Origin: Paraspadella gotoi
Taxonomy: Eukaryota; Animalia; Chaetognatha
Reading direction: 5' to 3'
Length of the DNA: 64,000 nt
Assembly: GCA_051294375.1 (NCBI GenBank)
Contig: CM119263.1
Span: forward strand, 16,707,777 to 16,771,776
Under the pieces are notes generated by a model that worked only from the letters and a program-made list of their open reading frames with translations, searched no databases and was not told where the DNA came from. The position numbers and the translations under genes are program-made. Below, piece after piece: positions 38,536-64,000 of this stretch. The number at the start of each line of letters is the position of its first letter. Within the stretch, counting starts at the first letter, position 1.

Positions 38536-40157
38536 TTGCGAAAAGAAAAGAAAATGTGATTAAAGAGAAGAAAAAGAAATGCGAGGGAGGAAAAAAGAAG
38601 AAAAAAAAAAGAAATAAAGAGTTAAGAGCGAAGCGAGGGAAAAAAAAAGCGAAGATAGCTTTTTTGGAAATACGAGGAGTGTGGACGGATCGAGCGACAT
38701 AGAAGGGACAGAGAAAGAGGGACAGACTGACATTAATATATACAGAGAGAGAGAGAGCGTTGTCGGAAAGAAGATAAAGAAGTTTTGATAGGAGAGAGAA
38801 AGAAAGAGAGAGGGGATGAAAATTGAAAAGAATGACTATGGTCACTTGATGCATTAATGCATAAATATGAATTGGGTTTTTCTTTCTTTTCTTGATAACT
38901 TTGTTCTATCTTTTTTTACATTTTTGTTTGTTTCTACGGATCTCTTTCACTTTTTTAACGTTTTTTCTCATCAACGTAATATTTGCGAAGAAGTACAGAC
39001 AAAGAGAGAGATAAAAACTTCTGCTGACGCTGTGTTGGCAAAAAAGATTTGAGAATAAAATGCGGAGGGAGCGTGTCACGAATATGACATCATCGACTAC
39101 GAATGGAAATCGAAATGACTTTAAATTATGTAACTCGAAAATATTTTTTTTTTCGCGAGAGATTCAAGAAAAACAAGTCACATTTTAAGTGAAAAAAATG
39201 ACAGATTACGTTTTTAAAAGTGCTTGTTCTCTTTAAATTGAAATATTTCAGCCAAAAATCACAGAAACCCTTCAGGTAGAAGATTGTGGCTTTACGCAAA
39301 ATATATTTGTCGACAAAGCATTGGTCATCATATGCTAATGGATAATTTACAACACGAATCACAACCTCCCTTAATCACCAAGAAAAAGAGACGGAAAAGG
39401 AGGAAAAGAGAATAAAGCAGAAGCGGAGAGAATGTGAATTAGAAAAGGAGGAAAGGAGAGGAATTAAGGAGAAGGGGAGGAAAGAAAAAAGGAAAAAGAG
39501 AAAAGCGGAGAATCAAAGTTTCGCTTTGACGATTCGCATCCAAACATCGTTCGAATATGAATAAAGCCGAAAAAAAATGTAAGGGAAAAACATTCGGAAT
39601 AAAAAGCCTCGTCAAAAACATGGAGAATATAGAAAAAGGAAATAAAAAGAAAACCGGTATACAAAGTCGTGAAAGAAGTCGATAAAAACAAAAAATAAAT
39701 TAAAAAAGATGATAAAAAAAATAGGGAAAAATTAAGAAACAAACCGGTTTAAAAAATGGTTATAAACATTGGACCAAAAAGGAAAAAAAAAAAAAGCTAT
39801 GTAAAGATTAAATTAAAAAGTGGACGAGACAAAAGATTAGCGATGAAGTATCAAAGCGAAACGGAGTTACTAAATAACGACTCGGCATTTTCCTCGCTTT
39901 TATTTCACGACTTTCTCTATTTCTTTTTTTAATTCTTCAACCGGAGTCCCTTCTTTATTTTATTCCATTCATTGTCTTTCAATGAACATCGACAATATTC
40001 TCACAATCTCAAACTTAATTCGTCCAAGCTCTTTAAAGTTTAGTTCACGACCTCACATAACTTTACCACATCAACATATAACACATTCACACCCTTTTTA
40101 TTCTCTTTCAGAACTTCCTCTTATTTTAGCCTACCCGTCTGTCTGTCTGTCTGTCTG

Positions 40158-40217
<60 letters not shown>

Positions 40218-40583
40218 TTCTTTTCTTTCTCCTCCTTCTCTTCCACATCCTTCTCCCCCTCCCCCCTCCCCCCTTCCCGCCACCTCATCCCATTTAATCC
40301 CCCCGGCAAATTCCCCGGTCATGGAACCGGTCCCCTTGGTCGTCGTTAAAAATAGATTCCGCGGTACTCGAGAACGAAGCATGGAAGAGTGAACGTCGAG
40401 GGCGCTGATGGGTTTTTTTTCTTTCCTACCCGACAATCAGACCGACAATTTCCACTGTCCACTGTCGGTCAAAGAAGCCGAACATGAGGACGAAGATGAC
40501 GACGCAAACAAGAATACATTCCTTGTAAACCTTATATCTTTAAATCTTTTTATTTAACGATAATTTGGTTTTTTCTGTTTGTA

Positions 40584-40669
<86 letters not shown>

Positions 40670-41733
40670 CTGTTCTTCCACCAACGCCCGGGTTTACCTC
40701 CACATTGGTCCCCTCCGCCGCCGAGAATTGGTTTCCGTTCACAAATATGCAAATGAGATTGTCGTTCCTCGGCGCGACTCCCCGGAGATTCCGCGGTCGC
40801 CAGGTGTTGATGAAGGGAAAATCGTCGTTGCTCGATACGACGAGGATGTTGAAGCTGATGGTGATGTCGAGAGTCACCAAAGGCGGGAGAATCGTCCCAC
40901 GGGGCGGACGGGGCCCGATGATGTGACGGATAATCGGGCAAGGCTAATGCGTCGGTCTCAAGGTCGGGCTGGGCGATCGGCGAATCGTGAAAGTAAGAGG
41001 GATAATTAGGTAAGGCTTCTTGCTGAGCTGGGTAAGGACACGATTGACGATAACTAGAAACGTCGGATGCGGTTCCATAGTGAATAGACTGATCGGGCCA
41101 GGCTTGTTCCCTCGGAGCAAGTAATTCCTCGGGTAAAGCCTGCCGGTCATCGGAAAAAGCGAAATCGAACTGCGAGACTTGACTTGCTCGCTCTTGGTCG
41201 TCGGGCAAAGCGCCGTCGTCGACGTCGTTTCTCGGGCGTGGGTCGGGCACGTCATCATCTCTCCCACCCACGTGACTTTGAGATAACGCGATGGCGTCCT
41301 CCCGGATGTTGTTGTTGATGTTTGGGTCGTAGTTATTGTTGTTGTTGTTATAACATACGCTTGTCCCTCGTTGCTGTCGTTCTCTTTCCATTTCCGTCCC
41401 GGCGTCGTCTCCAGTCGCCGGCGTCGCCCATTGAGCGTCGAACGAGGTCGTCGTCGTCCTCGTCCAAAAGCCAGGGGTCGTGGGCGGCGTCGTTATCGGC
41501 GCTGAAAGCGGCGTCGGCGCCGAAACGGCGCTACTTCCTGAGCATGCGGCGTCGTAGTAGGAGTAGGCGGCGCCATACGGCGGCGTTTCGAGCGGATCCG
41601 GGCGATATTGAAGTGACAGAGTGGTGACTCGGCCAGACGATACGCTTTGATGGGCCAAGCCACGCGCGTCGGTGTTTCCAGGGGCGTCGTCCTGCGCGCC
41701 ACCTGGTCCGTAATACGCGAAGCTTCGATGCAT
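36460..41733 (-). CDS. Divergent ANTP-class (NKL; Vent/Bsx-like) homeobox protein, ~976 aa (exons 41733-40698, 38447-37558, 37464-36460)
   Basis: Homeodomain NRSKKLAFPREVVLVLEASFALKKYLERHERKALADQLGIGDMQ|VKTWFQNRRMKLKRQL with an intron at codon 44/45. Exons of 1036, 890 and 1005 bp splice in frame (phase 1, phase 0). Exon 1 is attached on phase compatibility only. Confidence 0.82.
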
Positions 41734-43075
41734 AGTAAAAAATGTGGCGTAAGGTGTTCGCTGAGTCGAGGGCGGGACGAACGGGAAAAAAATTTTGGTC
41801 AGAATCCCCACTGAACATTGAATAGAAAAAAAGAGAGCGTTGTCAAATGAGGTGAGTCAAATGAATCAGAGTTTCGTCGATGGGCCAGAGACTTTGATGT
41901 CAAGTGCGGGGGCTGGATATGGGACCGCTGTGGTCGTCGTCGTCGTAGTCGTCGTCGTCGTCGCCGGTAAAACTCTCTCTCGCTCCCATTAGTCGATTTC
42001 GTTTCGACTTACCAGCGTTCGTCGTCAACTCACCCCCGATCCGAACTGAGAATTTTAGTCTCCTCCTCCTCCTCTTCCTCCAATTCATACCGCTTTCGCA
42101 TCTTTTCTCCCTTCGCATGTTCTGTTTTAAAAAAAGTGTCTATCGCAAATCTGTCCTCTCATCGAAAAGTGCGTCTGACCCTCAGAACAGGTCTCAACTC
42201 CACTCTTAATTTTGTTTTCATTCGAACTTCTCTCCTCCAACTCCGCCTCATAGCGACAAATTCAATAAAATCGAGCGGTTACAGCGAGTTATGATCCATT
42301 ACGAATCGCTGCTAAAAGATTAAGGGACATAAAAAGAAAATAAAAGTAATGGGAGCTCATAGAAAAGTTGTAAGTAAAAAAAATCTTCGCTTCCTTCGTG
42401 AAAGATTGAAAAAAGTAAATAAACGAAGGAAACAAAAAGTGAAAAGGTATTCTTATTATGTGAGATTCCATGACTGCTACGACCCTGCCTCAACTTCTTC
42501 GTCTTTTCATTCTATCCGGCCGCTACCCAAGCACCACCAGCCCTTCGCCCCACTGTCTAAGCCGCCTCCCTATATCCAACCTTACACTAAGCCTGAGCCT
42601 TCGTTCTCTTCCTTTTTGATTAAGATAATTTAAATTCCCCTCCGTCTAATTTATCAGTCGTGATTCCCCGAGTCGAGACGCGAGACGAGACGACGACGAC
42701 GAAGACGACGACGACGTTTTAGAAGCCAGACATTAACGACGACTACAAAGACGACGGCCCAGCCAAGACTCGAATAAAGAGAGAAAAAAAAAAACTCAAC
42801 AAAAAAGGTCCCTTACAAAAAAAAAACCTCTCCGGGCTTCTCAAAGAAAAACGAAAACGCCGTTCCATAAAAGGATAAGCGATCACCCCCCCAACTTGGG
42901 GGGGGGCGATGAAAGGATCGCACCGACCCCTCGTCGAGGTCACCCTCGCCCTCGCCCGATAAAAAGGGAGAATCGATCCGGCGATGGGGTCGCCCCTACG
43001 GCGATAAAGAAATCGCGAGAGATGGGAAGCCAGGGGCGCAGGGGAAGGAGGGCGCGATTGTCGCGAAGGCGGGAG

Positions 43076-43179
<104 letters not shown>

Positions 43180-44073
43180 CCGTTTTCGTTGATTCCTTTA
43201 ATTTTTGGTCTCTTGAAGTTTACTGGAAAATTTATTTAATAAATAAACAACCTTTCCTGACTTTGGACTCGTGATGGTGGGTTAGGTTCTTCAAGTTAAA
43301 TTATATTCAATTTAGTATTTCAAAAAATGTCTAAATTTAAAATTTTGAATGTAGTCTTTAGCGTTTGTGCGTACAAAACCAGGTAGACGTACGTCCAGAA
43401 TGATCGTCTATGATTTTTTATCTGTACAACCCATCGTAAAACCAAAAAAATCCAAGGTTGACAATATAGGTCCTAGTATTGTATTGGTATTACTATTAGG
43501 TATTACTATTAGGTATATGAAAATGAGACAAAGCTTTAGCGAAGAACCAAGTAGAAAGCATAAATTCATTAATACATACTTATATACATACATACTTAAA
43601 ACCAGAACACATATCTAGTAATACATATACTATTATACATACATTCAAGAAAGACGATTCAAACGAAATGGAACGAAATGAAAAATAAGGAGGAGATAGA
43701 TATATGTATGCTACTGTATCATTATTGATATGAAATAAAATTCTCATAATTCCTGCCGAAGGTCGGAAAAGACGACGACGCTAGCGGACGGCGAGGTAAG
43801 GTCGCACCATAAAAAAAAGTCAACGAGGCCGGCGATTTCGGGCGACGGGGACGGGTCTTCGCGGGTCAGGGGCCGTTAAGGTGAGGTCGCCCTCGGAGTC
43901 GGACCCCATTTCGGGGGAGGGGGGCATAAATGCGGGGTCGAAAATCTGTGACCTAGAAAAGGGGGGAGGGAGGGAGGGAAAAAACGAGGGGAGGGAGAGG
44001 AGTTGGGATGAGATGATTCAGACGCGTCGAAGCTCCGAGTTTTTCTTTTTTTTTAATCTTCAATCAGAAGTCT

Positions 44074-44148
44074 GTCGGTTTCATCGCTTGTCGGTTTCGT
44101 CGGTTTCATCGCTTGTCGGTTTCGTCGGTTTCATCGCTTGTCGGTTTC
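44074..44148. repeat. 25-bp tandem repeat x3
   Basis: gtcggtttcatcgcttgtcggtttc repeated head-to-tail. Confidence 0.9.
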
Positions 44149-44876
44149 TTCGGTTTCGACGGTCGTCGGCACTCGGTAGACTTGATTGGAGGCAAAGTCG
44201 AGGGACAAACGAATCCCGGATTATTTTTTTTTTTTTTTTGAGAAGCCAGACGAAGATCAGGGGATTAGGCTTTTAGGGACAATCGTGGATCGATGGACGA
44301 ATGGACAAATGGACGAGAGTCAAGATTCGGACGATCGTCGTCGTCGTCGTCGTCGTCGTCTCCTATCTTTCTATTACTTTTTTTTTAAATTTCCCCCCAC
44401 TTTGTTTAAATTTATTTTTATTATCATAATTTAAAAAAAAATTGAAAGAAAATTCAAAAAGGCTAAGGTCGTTATATATCACATGTTTTTGCTTTTTAAT
44501 AAATCGTCTTAAATACATGATATATATACTGCAGTATTTATTCATTTTAAGAACATCAGGAGTGAAATCGACAAAATGTAAAAACAATTAGGATATAGCA
44601 AAAGTAAATAAACACAATGTAACGATTTTTTTTAAAAAAATGACAATTCCGATCCGCCACCACGTTCACCACGTCCTCCCAAATAATAAAAAAATAACCG
44701 AAAAAAAAAATCGAAGTTATATTCCAATTCACCGCTGAGAGGTATTAAGCTGTAATTTATTTGAATATTTCCACGTTAAGAAAAGTATAAAATATGACAT
44801 CGTATTTGCAGTCGATTAAGAATAAAAGCGTTGCCGGTTGCTTCCTTCACTTCTCATCGATTTCGGGTGAGGTTCG

Positions 44877-61471
<16,595 letters not shown>

Positions 61472-61854
61472 ATTAAATAATGTTTTTTTTCTTGTATTTA
61501 ATCTTTTCAAAGAGATTTGTTAAAATCCATCGCCTGGATTAGTTTAATTTTTTTACCCGTTTTTTTTTTTCGTTTTACAAACTATAACGAGATTTATTGA
61601 AAGAAAACAAACCATAAAGGTACGAATTTTTATAATTATTTTGAAACATATATGTAAATAATAAAAAAAAGAGGATTATAATGACATGAGTTTGAACATA
61701 GGAAAAGGAACACTGCAAACGCACACACGAGGATTAATTCATAAAGAGTTGTAAAAATGAAAAATTGATTTGAGTGGAACAAACGATGTTAGGTATAAAA
61801 ACCGACAATAAAACAACAACGACAACAGCGACCCGTTTGCAATCAGTCAACAAC

Positions 61855-62034
61855 CTTATCCGTGATGACCATGTTGACGAAAACGGCGACGGCCAGCGCC
61901 ACCGCAGTAAACAACCCGACGCACGTGATCACGAAGAAGTAAAAGCAGCAACAATGGCGGGTCGGCGGGCACCGCGGGGCCGGCGGCGCCGTCCGCGTCG
62001 CCCGACTCCGCCCGAGATCGTACTCCACTCCCAT
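61855..62034 (-). CDS. Alternative (duplicated) first coding exon of the PM20D1-like gene
   Basis: MGVEYDLGRS...RCPPTRHCCCFYFFVITCVGLFTAVALAVAVFVNMVITDK|gt parallels MEYDLGKG...RCPPSKRLLGFYIFAIFVVLVVVFVCLLVAMVLNALLLVQ|gt; both end in phase 0. Confidence 0.72.
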
Positions 62035-62801
62035 GGCTGGTGGCGGAAGGTGGTCGAGGGGGTCACAGTGGTTGTGCCAAAGAGCGAAAGAAAGAAGAAG
62101 GAAGTATTGAGAGAAAAGTGTGATTGAGTGAGGACAACGAGATTAAATGAGAATTCCCCAAATAAATTTGACTCAACGTGAAGCGCAGTTACAGCCGGGT
62201 GTTTATCGTTAATTTACTCCAAATGTGGCGGTGAAAAAATCTGAGATCATTTCTGTCTTGTCGTAGATAGGGCGATACCTCCCAATTCTTAGACATTCAG
62301 GCAGTTGGTGACGGACTTTGATCCCCAATGGGCATTGGGCAATGATGTGGAGTGTCATAGATGACGAGAAATCATCGTTGCAATCGATAATGACGAAGAG
62401 AAGAAGAGGAGGTCGTCCTTTCAAGATGGCGTCTTTCGCTTTACAAAGATGCTAAAAGAAAACGTTTTTTTGTGTTGATAATGACGAGCGGGCTATTTAA
62501 AGCTAGCGAGCGAAAGGAGAAAAAAAAATTAATATCCGAAGTGGCATCGCAGCGCAGCCAAAAAAAAAAAAAGTATTTTGCCGAATTGAATGAGAAAAAA
62601 AAGGGCAAAGAAATCTGGATGATGACAAAAAAGGAAGCGGCGATGGAGGCGACGAAGACGTCGACATTTTTCGCCACATCTTTCGCTAACTGGCGATGGA
62701 AGCGGATCGACTGAGCAGGAAGCGTGAGATATTTGAGAGAGTGATATAGAGCGGAATGTGAGGCTCGATAAAATCTCCGTCTTGAGATACTGATAGATGG
62801 C

Positions 62802-62835
<34 letters not shown>

Positions 62836-62840
62836 CTCTG

Positions 62841-62890
<50 letters not shown>

Positions 62891-64000
62891 CCGTCCCAGG
62901 TCCAGTAAGCAGTATATCAGAATTTTCGCATAAAATCACGTTATCCATCAACGCTGAAAGCGGAAAAATGCGAAGGAGGACGATGAGAAGGGAAGGGAAA
63001 ACAAAAAGCGGAAAATGAAAAAAAAAAGTGAAATTAAATGAATTAGGAAGTGAAATAAAGTTATAAAGCAAAGGAAAAGAAATGAATGCGGGAGGAACAA
63101 CTAGAATGGGAAACAGTAATTGTTGCAGTTGTGATTAAAAGGAAACTTGAAAATGAAAGCTGGAAGAAAAAAACGAAAGAGGAAAATATATAAGGATAGG
63201 AGAGAGGAAAGATAATTTAAAACCGAGAGGAAATGAGAAGCGGAAGGAAAATGAAGAGAAGAGGAAGAAAAGGAAGGGAGAAGCCCGAAAACGCAAAAAT
63301 GAAATGGGAAAGAAAAAAGAAAGAAAGAAGAGAGAGAGAAAGGCGAAACTGAGTAAATATTCCATGGAGGAGAGAAACTCTGGTTCTTAGATACACAAAG
63401 GCGGAAAATGGAAGATGCGTCGAGGAAGAAGAAGGGAGACGTGAAATAATAAACAACTTTACAGAACGGCGTCACTGTAAATGGATATCAGTGAAATAGA
63501 GTAGTGACAAAAAAATACGTAAAAATTACGAATACACTCCATGACATAAATTGTATTTATTATTTATGGAGCAACAAATTGAATTTGTCAAGATGGATCA
63601 AGTTTTTTTACCAGTTTATACTACTGCATCTTTTTTATACATAGCATTTTTTTTCGTTAATCTGTAAATTTTTTACACAATATTTACCAACGTGATATTG
63701 ACAGAAATTGAATCACTTTGTATTCGGAACTGCAACGGGGACCGTCGGCTTAATGGTTACACACCGCTTGTGTACGATCAAAAGATTAAGTGAATAAAGA
63801 AAGATGAAAGGAAAATTGAATGAAAAAGAGACGAGAAAAATAATTTAAAAAAAATATGATAAGTATAGATAAAAAGAAGAAAGAAAGGAGAAAAATAAAA
63901 TGACGACGATGGAGAGAAAAAGCGGAGAACACGGGAGGGAGAAAAAGAGGATAGAGACAGAGAAGACAGACAAAGAGCTTGAAGTGATGAGAGAAACATC

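Overview
Invertebrate-animal genomic DNA (spliced genes, AT-rich introns, GC-rich exons, many (GA)n tracts, several N gaps); the species cannot be named from the sequence. Left to right: the end of a Thr-rich mucin-like exon, then + strand DNAJB6-like, CDK9, MFSD10-like and DHDH-like genes. Next is a cluster of minus-strand envelope-bearing retroelement sequence (16.1-25.8 kb), followed by the circadian bHLH-PAS gene CLOCK with a secreted EGF/C-type lectin gene nested antisense in an intron. The right part holds a ~976-aa divergent Vent/Bsx-type (NKL) homeobox gene and a long-intron PM20D1-like M20 peptidase with duplicated first exons. The most striking feature is an 8.2-kb Ty3/Gypsy LTR element with near-identical LTRs, a tRNA-Leu-like PBS and an ATAT target duplication. 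It carries a chuvirus (Jingchuvirales)-type fusion glycoprotein as env, an OTU-like insert between RNase H and integrase, and no recognisable gag. Two older, diverged env paralog remnants lie next to it, suggesting a recurrently active family of enveloped gypsy elements. Family assignments are from motif recognition by eye, and exon coordinates were read manually.
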